From NCBI GenBank assembly GCA_951406725.2, contig OX597830.1, forward strand, positions 22,816,001 to 22,880,000: 64,000 bases of DNA. Reading direction: 5' to 3'. Below the pieces are notes generated by a model, which made no database searches, had not been told where the DNA came from, and saw only the letters and a program-made list of their open reading frames with translations. The first letter of the stretch is position 1, and the number at the start of each line of letters is the position of its first letter. Shown here one piece after another: positions 13,830 through 27,971 of this stretch. The position numbers and the translations under genes are program-made. The DNA is from Octopus vulgaris. Taxonomy: Eukaryota.

Positions 13830-15085
13830 TCACATTCTAAACCTGAGAAAAGTCTTGCATAGTTTTACTGTTCCACTTACAAATTGTATTTGTAATGTGC
13901 GAATCAGTTGGTTGACTTCTTTTTCTGAAAATTCAAGCTTATCCAGACTGACAGTTAGGCATTTACTTACAATACCAAACGCTCCTACTATTATTGCTAC
14001 AAATGTAAATTTGTAGCCCGGATATAGAAGCTGGAGGTTTTGAAGCAGTTGTCCATAGTTATCTTCTTTCTCTTTGATTTTCAACGAGATATTCACATCA
14101 GCAGGACAGCTGTCCTCCATCACGGCACATACTTTTCTCATGTCCGTCCCAAACAACAATATCCAGCCTGTTATGCTTACACTTGACAGATGTTTTGATG
14201 GGAATATTCCATCTGCATTCCTTGTGTTGATATTTGTGTACGGATTCAATAACAGGGATATTCTCTATATTTATTCTAGGACAGTCTTTTATTCCGAAGT
14301 GCATTGTATATTGTTTTTGTGACAACGTCATGTCGCATAGGGAGGCGGCGAGATGGCAGAATCGTTAGTACGCCGGGCGAAATGCTGAGCGGTATTTCGT
14401 CTGCCGTTACGTTCTGAGTTCAAATTCCGCCGAGGTCGACTTTGCCTTTCATCCTTTGGGGGTCGATTAAATAAGTACCAGTTACGCACTGGGGTCGATA
14501 TAATCGACTTAATCCGTTTGTCTGTCCTTGTTTGTCCTCTCTGTGTTTAGCCCCCTGTGGGTAGTAAAGAAATAGGTATTTCGTCTGCCGTTACGTTCTG
14601 AGTTCAAATTCCGCCGAGGTCGACTTTGCCTTTCATCCTTTGGGGGTCAATAAATTAAGTATCAGTTACGTACTGGGGTCGATGTATTCGACTTAACCCC
14701 TTTTGTCTGTCCTTGTTTGTCCCCTCTACGTTTAGCCCCTTGTGGGCAATAAAGAAATAAGGGAGGTGGTACCTTGATGACATTTTTGGGCAGCTGCTAA
14801 TCACATGTGTGATGTCTTGCACATAAATATGACATAAACTACATTTACAGTTGCATCTTGGAACTTCAAGGGCTTCACTGTCTCTTTCGTTGATAAGGTA
14901 TTTAGTAGCAATATCCTGTTCTTGAATTGCAAATGCATAGCTTTCGAAGCGTGATGTAGCGGTCACGAATCCAAGAGAGACTTCGCTTCATGCCAGTGTT
15001 ACTATCGTCTTCTAGACCATGCATACCACGTATGGTCTTTTTTGATATGCTAATCGTTTCTCTTCCAGGTCTTCATTGAGATAGG
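13830..15085 (-). mobile_element. 3' fragment of an RLE-type non-LTR retrotransposon (R4/Dong/NeSL-like), interrupted by a SINE
   Basis: FAIQEQ..T..., CCHC knuckle (CSLC...HVISSC), RHD, HNRLDIVVWD...EDSCPADVN...KEKEDNY..L...IIVGAFG. Confidence 0.85.
14344..14759 (+). mobile_element. SINE-B dimer inserted into the RLE LINE
   Basis: GGCGGCGAG.TGGCAGAATCG head with two body units, flanked by an AGGGAG(G) duplication. Confidence 0.9.
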
Positions 15086-15552
15086 CTAGTCCGGCTAGTA
15101 CTAGGCTTACAAAGAATAAGTCCTGGGGTCGATTTGCTCGACTAAAGGCGATGCTCCAGCATGGTCGCAGTCAAATGACTGAAACAAGTAAAAGAATAAA
15201 AGAGTATAGTAATTTATAGCAGTGTATTTTTTTTCAGTACATGTTCTGTCACATGTGTCCATGTCTGTTGTGCATTACGACTGACATTGTGCATAGCAAA
15301 CAAACCGACATTCACAATTACCCATGCTTATAAATGAATATCCATTGATATTATACTATATTAATTTATTCATTAAGTCTGGCTTTGCCTACAGATCTAA
15401 TGAAATTCACATGAACACATGAAATATTTATACGAACAGCATGGATAAGACATGTATTTTTCGTGTTATTTTAGTTTATAAGGTTTCAAAAAAGAAAACC
15501 TTTACTGTGAGTCAGTGAATGATTAATCTGCTAATATCTGTAGGTGTTTGTT

Positions 15553-15602
<50 letters not shown>

Positions 15603-15871
15603 CGTGGTGGTGGTGGTGGTGGTGGTGGTGGTGGTGATGGTGGTGATGATGATGGTAGTGGTGATGGTGGTAGTGGTGGTGGTTTTGGTGATTGGGGTGG
15701 TAGCGATGGAGGTATTGACGGCGGTGGTCGTGATGGTAGTAGTAAGTAGTAGTAGTAGTAACAGTAGTGGTGGTGGTCGCGGTGATTATAGTAGAGGAAG
15801 TATTAATAACAGTAATGGTGATGGCGGTGGTATTGGTGGTGTGGTGGTGGTGGTAGTAGTGGCGGTGCTGC

Positions 15872-15903
<32 letters not shown>

Positions 15904-15905
15904 AT
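15553..15905. repeat. Compound (GTA)n/(GTG)n/(GCT)n trinucleotide repeats
   Basis: Direct inspection. Confidence 0.9.
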
Positions 15906-15919
15906 GTCCCCAGAAGCAA

Positions 15920-16510
15920 ATCAGCTTAGCGGTATTTCGTCTGCCTATGTTCTGAGTTCAAATTCCCCCGAGGTCGAGTTTGCCTTTCATACTTCTAGGG
16001 TCGATAGAATAAGTATCAGTTGAACACAGTAGACAACGTAATCGAATTATCTCATCCTCCAAAATAGCTGGCCTTGTGCTAAAATTTGAAACCAATATTA
16101 TTGCATTAGGAAGGTGGCGAGCTGGCAGAAACATTAGCACGCCGGGCGAAATGCTTAGCGGTATTTTTTCTGCCGCTACGTTCTGAGTTCAAATTCCGCC
16201 GAGGTCGACTTTGCCTTTCATCTTTTGGGGTTGATAAATTAAGTAACAGTTACGCACTGGGGTCGATATAATCGACTTAATTCGTTTGTCTGTCCTTGTT
16301 TGTCCCCTCTGTGTTTAGCCCCTTGTGGGTAGTAAAGAAGTAGGTATTTCGTTTGCCGCTACGTTCTGAGTTCAAGTTCTGTCGAGGTCGACTTTGCCTT
16401 TTCATCCTTTCGGGGTCGATTAATTAAGTACCAGTTGCGTACTGGGGTCTATATAGTCGACTGGCCCCTCCCCCAAAATTTAGGGCCCTGTTCCTAGAGT
16501 AAAAAAGAAT
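15920..16510 (+). mobile_element. SINE-B cluster (a partial copy plus a dimer)
   Basis: Repeated GTTCTGAGTTCAAATTCCGCCGAGGTCGACTTTGCC units. Confidence 0.85.
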
Positions 16511-16764
16511 ATTTATTTAGGTGTCGAGAAGGATTTATTTTATTTGTTTCAGTCACTGGTCTTACGGCCATGCTGGAGTACCGTCGTGAATGGGTTTCGT
16601 CGAGCAAATCGACCCAAGTACTTATTCTTGTAGCCCGGTACTTATTCTCTCGGTCTTTTACCGACCGCTAAGTTATGGACATGTAAACAAACCAGCAGCG
16701 GTTGTCAAGTGGTAGGCGACAATCACAAAGAAAGATACACACAGGTACACACAAATACACACAG

Positions 16765-16846
<82 letters not shown>

Positions 16847-17334
16847 CTTTTTGTTCTTATCTCATTCTGTCTTTCACATTCGCTCAGCAGCTTTTTGATG
16901 TTTACGGCGCCATATCGAACAATATAATCGATGAAGCGTCGAAATTGTGGTGATTTTTGGTCGATAACTGACGAGGGGTGATTGTGTTCACGTCCTTTCT
17001 AGTTTTTTGTTTTGCTTTCCTTATGTTCTTTCATCCTCTTCCAGTGCCACATTTTGCTACAATTACATACACACGCGCGCGTGCACACACACACACAATG
17101 TATCCATGTACGCATGTATGTGTATATATATATCTATGTATGTATGTATTTATACTGCAGACTTCGATACAGTTTCTATCTATCAAGGCATTTGTCGGCC
17201 AAGTAATAGTAGAAGACACTTGACCAAAGTGTTGTGCAAAGGGACTGAACCTGAAACCACATGGCAGCAATGTGTGCTTCTTACCCACACAGCCAAGCCT
17301 GCGCCTGTAGGTCGTTAAATAGATACATTATTTT

Positions 17335-17537
17335 ATTCTTTTATTTGTTTCAGTCAGTTGATGCGGCCATGCTGGAGCACCGCCTTTAGTCGAACAAATC
17401 GACACTAGAACTTATTCTTTGTAAGCCTAGTACTCATGCTATCGGTCTCTATTGCTGAACCGCTAAGTTACGGAGACGTAAACACACCAGCATCGGTTGT
17501 CAAACGATAGTGGGGGGGGGGCAAACACGGACACACA

Positions 17538-17599
<62 letters not shown>

Positions 17600-17748
17600 A
17601 CAGGCTTCTTTCAGTTTCCGTCTACCAAATCCACCCACAAGGCTTTGGTCGTCCCGAGGCTATAGTAGACGACACTTGCCCGAGGTGTCAAGCAGTGGGA
17701 CTGAACCCACAGCCATGTGGTTGGGAAGTAAACTTCTTACCATACAGC
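17335..17748 (-). mobile_element. SINE-A
   Basis: Match to the family consensus with a central (CA)n. Confidence 0.85.
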
Positions 17749-17779
17749 TACTATGTATGTATGTATGTATGTATGTACG

Positions 17780-17864
<85 letters not shown>

Positions 17865-17865
17865 G

Positions 17866-17934
<69 letters not shown>

Positions 17935-18259
17935 GTATGTATGTATGTATGTATGTATGTATGTATGTATGTATGTATGTATGTATGTATGTATGTATGT
18001 ATGTATGTGTCTAGAATTAAATATTATCTCTTCTAAATAGCTTAGCAGACTTTTGAACCATTCAAGCGCAATGAAGCCAAAACTAAAGCTTATGAAGAGT
18101 TGATGATTTTCGTACTTCAATAGATTGTTGATCTCGTTTGCTTCCCACACAACTTGTGTTATTGTTGGCAAATCCTTTTAAATTTGCAAAACTTATTTTA
18201 TATTTCATGATTGCTTTTTTGTCATCCAATCCTCCCCCGCCCTAAAGAACAAACAAACC

Positions 18260-18865
18260 GAGGCGTAGTCGTGTCTATGCGGCTAAGAAGATTGCTTCCT
18301 AACCTTCTGAGCTTGGGTTCGATACCAATTCGTCGCATCGTGGGTAGGTAACTTGTGTGCTATAGCCTTCGGCCAACCAGAGCGTTGTGAATAGATTTGG
18401 TAAACGGAAACAGAAAGAAACCATCCCTATTACATCGTTCCGGGTTCAGCCCCACTGAGTGGAACTCTGGGCAAGTGTCTCCTAATATAACTCCGGGCCG
18501 TACGAACCACATGGTTCCGGGTTCATTCCCACTGCGTGGCACCTTGGGCAAGTGTCTTCTATTATAGCCTCGGGAAGACCAAAGCCTTGTGAGTGGATTT
18601 GGTAGACGGAAACTGAAAGAAGCCCGTCGTATATAGGTATATATATATGTGTGTGTATATGTTTGTGTGTCTGTGTTTGTTCCCCAACATCGCTTGACAA
18701 CCGATGCTGGTGTGTTTACATCCCCGTAACTTAGCGGTTCGGTAAAAGAGACCAATACTTTATAAGTACTAGGCTTACAAAGAATAAGTCCTTGGGTCGA
18801 TTTGCACGACTAAAGGCTGTGCTCCAGCATGGTCACAGTCAAATGACTGAAACAAGTAAAAGAGT
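18260..18865 (+). mobile_element. Compound SINE-A (several partial heads plus a full body)
   Basis: Repeated GGGTTCAG.CCCACTG and GATTTGGTAGACGGAAAC segments. Confidence 0.8.
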
Positions 18866-18969
18866 ATATATATTTGAATAATGTGTGAAAACGAATTTCC
18901 AAATCAATCAGGTACAACCCTTTAGCATTACATACATCTGTATATCGTGCAGTGGGTGTCTTAGGATTT

Positions 18970-19090
18970 TATTCAATATATTCCCTTCTCAGAGTCACAC
19001 ACTTATTGCAGCGGTCCTTCATTTTTTTCTAAGCCCTGTAAAAAAACTGGGAATGTTGGAACCGCAGCAAGGCCTTTCGCGATACCCTTA
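18970..19090 (-). mobile_element. Mariner-like transposase C-terminal remnant
   Basis: The minus strand translates as ...FLQGLEKMKDRCNKCVTLRREYIE*, resembling the mariner C-terminus G..KL..RW.KC....G.Y.E. Confidence 0.45.
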
Positions 19091-19479
19091 AAGCCAGGAA
19101 CTTTTCAGCACCCTTCGTATGTCTGTATGTATGTATCTGTGTGTCTTTGTACCCGTGTTATTTTGCCACCACAACCGCTTGACAAACGGTAGTGGTTTGT
19201 TTATGTCCACGCAAACTAGCTGTTCGGTGAAGAGAGACCGATAGAATAAGTACCGGCTTAAAAATAAGTCCTGGGGTTGATTTCTACGACTAAACCCTTC
19301 AAGGCAGTATCCCAGCATGGCCGCAGTCCAATGATCGAAACAATAAAGGGATAAAACATAAAGGATGAAGACTATTATAAATTTGAGTGATATTTCTCTG
19401 TCCGTTACGTTTTTATGTTCGTTAATTCCTTCTAGACCGTTGGTGCAAGGACAACGAAACTCAAACCAGCAACTTCCCT

Positions 19480-19865
19480 AATCCCAGGGAATATCCTAAG
19501 GGGGTCTATTCTGTTAAGGGCCGCCTAATTGGGGCCCCACTGACCCCCTATTTTTACTGCATTTTAAACTAAATACATGTCATTGGCGACCAAATCAGAG
19601 CAATCATAATGAATTTCATACCTTAAACTCCCAAGGAGTTTTGTAAGAGGGTTCAATTTCTGAAGAGCCGCTTAAATGGGGCTCCACTAACCTCCCCCAT
19701 TTTTACTGCGTTTTAACTAAATACATGTCATTGGCGACAAAAATCGGAGCAATGACAATGAATTTTATACCATAAACTCACAGGGAGTATCATAAGAGGG
19801 TTGTTCAATTTCTGAAGGGCTGCTTAAATAGGGCCTCACTGATGCCCCTATTTTTACTGCATTTA
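19480..19865. repeat. About 2.6 tandem copies of a ~150-bp unit, possibly internal to a Helitron/Helentron-type element
   Basis: TTTTTACTGC recurs at about 19551, 19700 and 19851 with conserved AAATACATGTCATTGGCGAC and GGG.CC.CACT blocks. Confidence 0.8.
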
Positions 19866-20377
19866 CCACGCTCCTATGCTTTTTGATTAAACTGCGATCA
19901 GCATCAGTGCTTAGCACATTTGCAGAAATAGGTTTGGGCATTCTAAATACCTTCACGTACATTCAAATAAAGAGTTATAACAAGTACGTTTCAAGTGTTG
20001 TAGTGTTGATATTTATATTTTGTAGTTTGTGAAACTCATGTCTAGTAATTATAAATTCCAGGAGCGATTGTGTCTTCAAATGTATCTTTAATAAGTAAAT
20101 ATTTTAAATTTTTGTTTGACATAAAGAGTAGAAGTTTCAACAGGTTTTATCTGGTGATTTGTTTCGTAAAATTAGAATTGCTTAGGGCGTTGAACTCAGT
20201 CAATTTCATTGAACGAATGCCAAAATTAAGTACTCTGCCAATGACGAAATGTTCTAATCTAGATCATAATGAATATTACGAGCAAATTAATAAAGAATGG
20301 GGCGGGGGAGTTAATACTGCAAGATCAACCACTTGGTGCGAATTAATTAATGTTCTAGATTGATATGATTTTGAAGC

Positions 20378-20450
20378 GTCTCTGTGGTACAATCGGTTAG
20401 CACGTTCGGCTGTTAACCTAAAATTGGTGGTTCAAGCCTGACCAGGGATG
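20378..20450 (+). pseudogene. tRNA-Asn(GTT) pseudogene
   Basis: GTCTCTGTGGTACAATCGGTTAGCACGTTCGGCTGTTAACCTAAAATTGGTGGTTCAAGCCTGACCAGGGATG is colinear with the conserved metazoan tRNA-Asn. It shows CpG-type decay and broken T-stem and anticodon-stem pairs. Confidence 0.85.
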
Positions 20451-20464
20451 CACATGTTTACTTT

Positions 20465-20890
20465 AGGCGCAGGCGTGGTTGTCTAGTTAAGAAGCTTGTT
20501 TTCCAACCATCTGGTCTTGGGTTCAGTCCCACTGTAAGACACCTATGACAAGGGTCTTCTGCTATAGCGCTAAGCCTTGTGAATGGATTTGCTTGACGGA
20601 AACCGGAAAAGAACCGTCGTGTATATACATGTATACATACATACACACACAAACATACATACATATCTGTGTGTGTGCGTGTGTGTGTTTGTGTCTTTGT
20701 GTTTATTCCCTAGCACTGCTTAACAATCGATGCTGGTTTGTTCACATTTCATGTAACTTAGCGGTTCGGCAAAAGAGCCAACAGAATAAGTATCAGGCGT
20801 TGAAAAGGAAGTACTGGGGATTGATTCGTTCGACTAAACCCATTCAAGGTTGTACTCCAGCATGGCTGCAGTCCAATGGCTCAAACAAAT
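20465..20890 (+). mobile_element. SINE-A, diverged full-length copy
   Basis: Head GGCGCAGGCGTGGTTG through tail CAGCATGGCTGCAGTCCAATG. Confidence 0.8.
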
Positions 20891-21489
20891 AAACGATGAA
20901 GAGAAGATATATGCAAAACTTGTAAGAATATTTGTTGAATATATCTCATAAAGAATTTGATAGACAATAATGCTTCCCCACCTTTTTTTCCTTTTTTGGC
21001 AGAATTTAAAATAAATCTTTTTCCGTGCCTTTGTTCTTCGGTAGTTACCGGAAGATGTTTCTCCTAACTCAACAACATTAAATTTAAAACATGGCGCCTC
21101 TTTTAAAGCAACTACCTTGAGCACATTGATAAGATTTAAATCTTTACTCTAAGACATTAAATGCATGAAATGAAATTCACTACAGCAGTTTTGTGACAGA
21201 TTATGAGAATAAATTGGTGTGAAGAAATTCCCTGAATGTATAATAATGTATAGTAATATATAATATATATTATAATGCGTAATTATGTAAAATAAAGTAT
21301 ACGTTAGATCCATTTTTCTCACCGGTGTACACAATCGATGCAGTATTAAATTAAAGTTGTCAACTGTGTATCATACTTAATGTATATTCATCGTTGAAAG
21401 GCAAACTAACTGATGTTTTCGTCCGAGAGAAAAATCTATTATGGACGTGCTGAGTTTAAAAACACTGCACATATACATACATACATACA

Positions 21490-21590
<101 letters not shown>

Positions 21591-21665
21591 GAGGGAGACA
21601 GACGAAAACAGCAATAGCTTACCTGTCAGCGATATATATTCATGAAATACTAGCGAGATCCGTGA

Positions 21666-22153
21666 AATGCAACTCTCAAATCGAGGCTTTTAAAAATAGA
21701 ATTCAGCTGCAAATCGCATGATTTCATAATTAGTGCAGAAATGCACTTTTCAATCTTCAGTGCAAGCATAATTCAAGATTTATAACGAATGAACAAAAGG
21801 TTTTTCACGTTAACTACTTGATAAATTGTTATAAAGATTTTATCCTATTTCAAAATTGTAAATTTAACCGGAGTATATTCAGTGCTGAATTTTAATTCCG
21901 AATAAACACGTTGTACCGAGATGCAAATAGAAAAAGCCCGCCTTTTTCATAGATGTATAATGGTTGAAACAATTCTATATACTACGCTGGGTACATTGGA
22001 TGTTCGATTGGTATGTTGATTTTTGTTCATTCGTTATAAATCTTGAATTATGCCTGCACCGAAAATTAAAAAGTGCGTTTCTGCACTAATTATGAAATCA
22101 TGTGATTTGCAGCTGAATTCTGTTTTTAAAATGCTCGCTTTGAGAGTTGCATT
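21666..22153. repeat. ~133-bp inverted repeat (21666-21798 / 22021-22153); also a ~60-bp direct repeat (21798-21860 / 22296-22358)
   Basis: The arms are reverse complements with few mismatches. Confidence 0.9.
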
Positions 22154-22374
22154 CCATCGCATTCGGTACCATGTGTTTATTTATTTTGGTAGTTTTGATT
22201 TTAAGAGTCCCTCCTAGCGTGTGGCATTTATATATAGTAATGCCATGTATGAATAAATATATTTAAGAGAAAAATTGATGGATTTTTCTCTTATGAGGTT
22301 TTTCATGCTAACTACTTGATAAATTCTTATAAATATTTTATCCTATTTTTAAATTGTATATATATATACATATA

Positions 22375-23140
22375 CAGGGGTTGGATAAAATAATCGAAGC
22401 ACCTTAACATTTCAAACAAATTTTATTTTAATATGGGATAGGACCGCCTTTAGCAGTATTTACACCTTGAATTGTACGAGGTATGGACTCGTACAAAGTT
22501 TGAATTGTTTCCAAAGGAATTTTTCTCCATTCTTCAGCTAAAACAGTCTCCAGTTCTTGTAGTGATGATGGTGGATGAAATCGACTCTTTACTTGTTTTA
22601 CCAAAATGCACCATTAATGTTCAATGATATTGAGATCTGGCGACTGTGGTGGCCAGATTAGATGTTCAACTTCACTAGAATGTTCCTCGTGCCATTCAGT
22701 AACAACTTAAAATGTGTGAATTGGTGCATTTTCACCTTGAAAGATTGCGTTTCCCTCCGGAAACAGTCCTGTAACCATAGGATGAATTTGATCAGATAAA
22801 ATGCTTAAATAGTCATAACTATTAATTCTGCCATGAAGGGAAACCATTGGGCCGGCGGATTTCCAAGATATAGCCCCCCCGCCCCCCGCCTCCGATCATT
22901 ACAGATCCTCCTCAATGTTTAACAGTTAGAAGAAGGCGGACTGGGTCAAATGCTTATTTTGGCTGTTTTCACACGTATACTCGGCCGGTGGTCGGAAATA
23001 AGGTAAAGGATGACTCGTCCGAGAAAATAACATTCTTCTACTGCTCTAGGGACCAATTCTGTAGGTTTTTACTCCACTCTAAATGCTCTGCAACGTTTGT
23101 TTTTGAAAGTAGTGGTTTTCTGATTGCACTTCCATTCTGC
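22375..23140 (-). mobile_element. Tc1-family (DD34E) transposon, 3' half, pseudogenised
   Basis: The minus strand gives AIRKPLLSK...NVIFSDESSFTLF...TVKH*GGSVMI...FQGENAPIH...WPPQSPDLNIIEH...AKGGPIPY. A TIR-like TA|CAGGGGTTGGATAAAATAAT lies at 22375. Confidence 0.9.
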
Positions 23141-23402
23141 CGATGTATGTATCTGTCTACTCTCATAATACTGCTAAGCATTTAAACCTAACAAAAATAA
23201 CACGCGCACGCACACACACACACACACACACACACATATGATCATCCTCAGTGGTGGATATTCGTCTGCTAGACATAGCGGTAGTTTACCCCCAGCTCGC
23301 TTTCATCTCTAATTGAGATTTCCTTAACGAGCTAGTTTGCTAGTCGCAAAACCAGTGACTGTATGTCACTGTTTGTCTATATACTGCACGCTCGCACACA
23401 CA

Positions 23403-23466
<64 letters not shown>

Positions 23467-24602
23467 TGCACGCACGCATGCACTTATGTATATTTAAGTA
23501 CAGCATGTTCACAAGAGTTCTTATATCGGACGAAAGCCGCAGAAACTCGCCTGTCGAAGGCGCTTATATATTAAGTATGATATATAAATGGCTATTTCCT
23601 CTGTTGAAATGTATTTTTCTCTGAATGTCAGTACATTATCCCATAAAAGTTTTATATAAGGTATTTATATTGGCATTCAGAGATAGTTAGAAGGTATTTG
23701 AATTGGCATTTATGATTTGGTACGTTTCTGTGTTTGTTTACATGCAAAATTTGCTGGCATCACAGAGTATACTTCAGCAGCACATTGCATTCAAACGTTA
23801 ACCATCATGTCCTTTTTTTTAATTCTTTTTTTTTTTTTGTATATCATGGAGGCCACATTGTTTAATATGACCGTCCGTTATGGCGGCAAGCTGGCAGAAC
23901 CGTTAACGCGATGGGAAAAATGCTTAGCGGCATTTTATCCGTCTTAACGTTCGGCGGTCAAATTCCACCGAGGCCGACCTTGTCTTTTCATTCTCGCGGA
24001 CTCGATAAAAAAAAAGTACCAGTTGTGTACTGTGATCGACTAGCCCCCTCCTCCGAAATTGCTGGCCTTGTGCCAAAATTTGAAACCAGTATGTCCGTCC
24101 ATTATTTAACACGCAAAGGCGAATGGCCCGGTGGTAAGGGAGTTGCTCTCACGATCGTAAGATTATAGTTTCGATTCCAGAACCATGCGGTGTGTTGCGT
24201 TCTTGAGCAATACGCTTCTGTTCACGTTGTTTCAGTCTATTCGGCCTGTAAAGGAGTTCCAGCATTAGCTAAGAAGTTAAACCTGCAACGGACCGGCGTC
24301 AAGCTTAGCAGAAGGTGGGGAGTGTTGTAATCTCAGACATTTCTACGCCATGAGTAAGTTCCGGCTTTATGAGTCGAAGGGCGCATGAGATTATTTAAGA
24401 GTGTAATTCGAAGCTGATTTGACTTCTATTTCCTATAAGTCATTGCAATTACGCAGATGTTCCCTCGCCAACTCGGTTGATGATTGGATGAATTTTACAA
24501 AAACGACAAACTGAAAAAAACAACGAAGACAATTGAAGATGAACAGAGTAAAAGTGTTTTAAATATAGATTCGTACTTTGAAAAACAGCAGATGTGTGTG
24601 TG

Positions 24603-24740
<138 letters not shown>

Positions 24741-25224
24741 AAAGTCAATTGTTTATCAACAAAGACAACAACGACAGCACTGTTATAAAGTTTACAAGTA
24801 TTGCTAAGAAATAGGTCAGTGAAAGGGGCTCCGTGTGAGAAGGGGTAAGATTTTTACCGGAAAATTTGGTGATGTTTACGTAAAATACTATAAACTATCT
24901 CTTATCCGATACTCAAATAACCGGAATTCTCAAGCAACCAGCACCCAAAAGAGAGAAGAATGAAGAAAGGAAAATGTGCTGCTAATTAGAGACAAGAGAA
25001 AGGCGACGAGCTGGCAAAATAGTTTGCACGCCGGACAAAATGCTCAGCGGCATTTCGTCCGTCTTTACGTTCCGAGTTAAAATTCCGCCGAGATCGACTT
25101 TGCTTTCATCTTTTCGGGGTCGATAAAATAAATACCAGTTAAACATGCAGGCTTTGTGCCAAAATTTGAAATCAATTAGAGCCAAAAGAATTTGCGTTAA
25201 TTTGTATTAATTGATTAATTTACA

Positions 25225-25302
25225 TTATTTACATTTGACGGATATTTGTCCTCATCTCGTTTGTTGTTAACACAACGTTTCGGCTCCAGTCTTCATCATG
25301 TT
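25225..25302 (-). mobile_element. Penelope-type terminal remnant with a degenerate HHR
   Basis: Reverse complement reads AACA-TGATGA-AGACTGGAGCC-GAAAC-GTT-GTGTT. Confidence 0.5.
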
Positions 25303-25854
25303 TCAGTCCTCAAACTGCGGCCATGCTGGGGCACCGCCTTGAAGAATTTTAGGTCAATGAATCGACCTCAGTACTTATTTTTCTGTAAAGTCTGGTAATT
25401 ATTCTATCGGTGTCTTTTGCCGAACTGCTACGTCAGGGGGACGTAAACACACCAACACCGGTTGTCAAACAGGACAAAAAAATAATCTTTTTTTTTAATA
25501 AAAAATATTTTAATATTTCTTCCTTTGTCTCTCATTTCTATTATATTTAGAATATTAACGGTAAAGTAAAGGGATAAAAGTAAAGTGTCTTGCTCAAGAA
25601 CATAATGCACAGCCCAGTCCGGGAATCGATCTTACTACTTCATGATTGTGAGCCCGACGTTCTAAATATTATTGATTGTGATCCCCTTCGGTCATGACTG
25701 ACCATGGATTGCACCTAGAAAGTTAACCTCCGAAGCACAAGTCTGGGCAAGGTTGTTTATGGAAGACCAGCAAGGTTGTTTATGGAAGACCAGCAGTCGC
25801 TCACTCATACCAGCCTCTCCTCTTCACGCCACCGATGTTATCCAAGTGACGTCG

Positions 25855-26170
25855 CAGCTCATTTATTAACGTGCAAGTGGTCGAGCATTTCACAGACACG
25901 TGTACTCTTAACGTAGTTCTCGGGGAGATTCAGCTTGACACAGAGTGTGGCAAGGCTGGCCCTTTGAAATACAGGTACAACAGAAACAGGAAGAAAGAGT
26001 GGGAGAAAGTTGTGGTGAAAGAGTACAGCAGGGTTCACCACAACCCCCTGCAGGAGCCTCGTGGAGCTTTAGGTGTTTTTGCTCAATAAACACTCACAAT
26101 GCCCGGTCTGGGAATCGAAACCGCGATCCTACGACTGCGAGTCCGCTGCCCTAACCACTGGGTCATTGGT
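25855..26170 (-). mobile_element. SINE family D (tRNA-derived head)
   Basis: Reverse-complement match to 59605-59989. Confidence 0.85.
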
Positions 26171-26267
26171 AATACTGATGTATATCTTTTATGCTTTACT
26201 TGTTTCAGTCATTGTGTTTGTTTCCTGCCACTACTTGACGATCGAAGCCGGTTTATTTATGTCTCCA

Positions 26268-26331
<64 letters not shown>

Positions 26332-27240
26332 TAGGCTTCTTTCAGTTTCTGTCTACAAAATTCCGCTCACAAGGCTTTGATCTTAACGAGTTTTGTGAAG
26401 TGTTACGATAACTTAAAAAGTGATGATCATATATATATATATATATATATATACGGAAAAGCTCAGTTATCCGGCAACCTTCCAGTCTTAGGGAAGCTAG
26501 ATGTGAGGGCACGATCTGTATTTAGCAAGATGTTCTGGTGAATAGGACACAACAACTGGCAAATAAATAAATAAATGAATATGATAAAAATGATAAAAAT
26601 GAATGGTTAAGGGCAAACATAGGAACCTTATTTTGGTTTATAGCGTCGTGGCATAGAATCAATATGTCTGAGATACTGAAGCCATTGTTGAAAGAGGAGA
26701 TAAGAGAGAGGGAGGGAGAAAGAGAAAGAGGAAAAGAAAGAGAGTGTGTGATGTGATGTGATGTGATGTGATGTGTGTGTGTATGTGTGTGTAGGATCAT
26801 ATTTCGATAGAGCGACTATTTTATGTTTGGAAGTGTTGATTAAGTGTTGGTTAAGTGTTGGGCAGTTCGTTGTAGGGTCAGTGGAAACAACTCACACGAA
26901 AGTTATTTAAAGAAACTGAAGTCAGATAAAGCGACTACAAAACTGGTTTCTTTCCGGTGTTAACTGACGAAAATAACGCTCGCTACCATTGGTTGTTCGG
27001 CTGAAGGGCTACAGGAAGTAAAATGATATTCACTCGCACAGTTTTCTGCTCGCCGTTTCCTTTGTTTTAAGTGTCATCAAAAATTCCCTTCATGTGCGTA
27101 CGTCTAAAAACATTTCTGTACGTAGGTACGTAAGTAAGTAAGTATGCTTGTATGTATGTATGTATGTATGTATGTATGTATGTATGTATGTATGTATGTA
27201 TGTATGTATGTATGTATGTATGTATGTATGTATGTATGTA

Positions 27241-27276
<36 letters not shown>

Positions 27277-27530
27277 TGTATGTATGTATGTATGTATGTA
27301 TGTATGTACGTGTTTATGAGAAAAGCGTAAGCATTATGTGAGTACATATGATTTTGTAGATAAGTATGAGCGCATGAATGTTATGTATAAATAAACATAG
27401 GTCAGGCTGCATGCATCTTTGTAACCTACCTCCAAACACTTGCGACTGTGTAGATGTGTGTATGTTTGTGTCTGTCTGTGTACGTGTGAATATATGTGTG
27501 TATCAACGTAGATGTGCATACATACATACA

Positions 27531-27618
<88 letters not shown>

Positions 27619-27730
27619 TGTTTGATTTGCCTAATAGTGGTTTTATCTCTAATTTAAATTATATTTATACTGTAAAATTAGATTTAATCCTAAATCTAAT
27701 TTTTCCCCGTAAGTTTGGATTTACTCCCTA

Positions 27731-27947
<217 letters not shown>

Positions 27948-27971
27948 TGTATGTATGTATGTATGTATATA

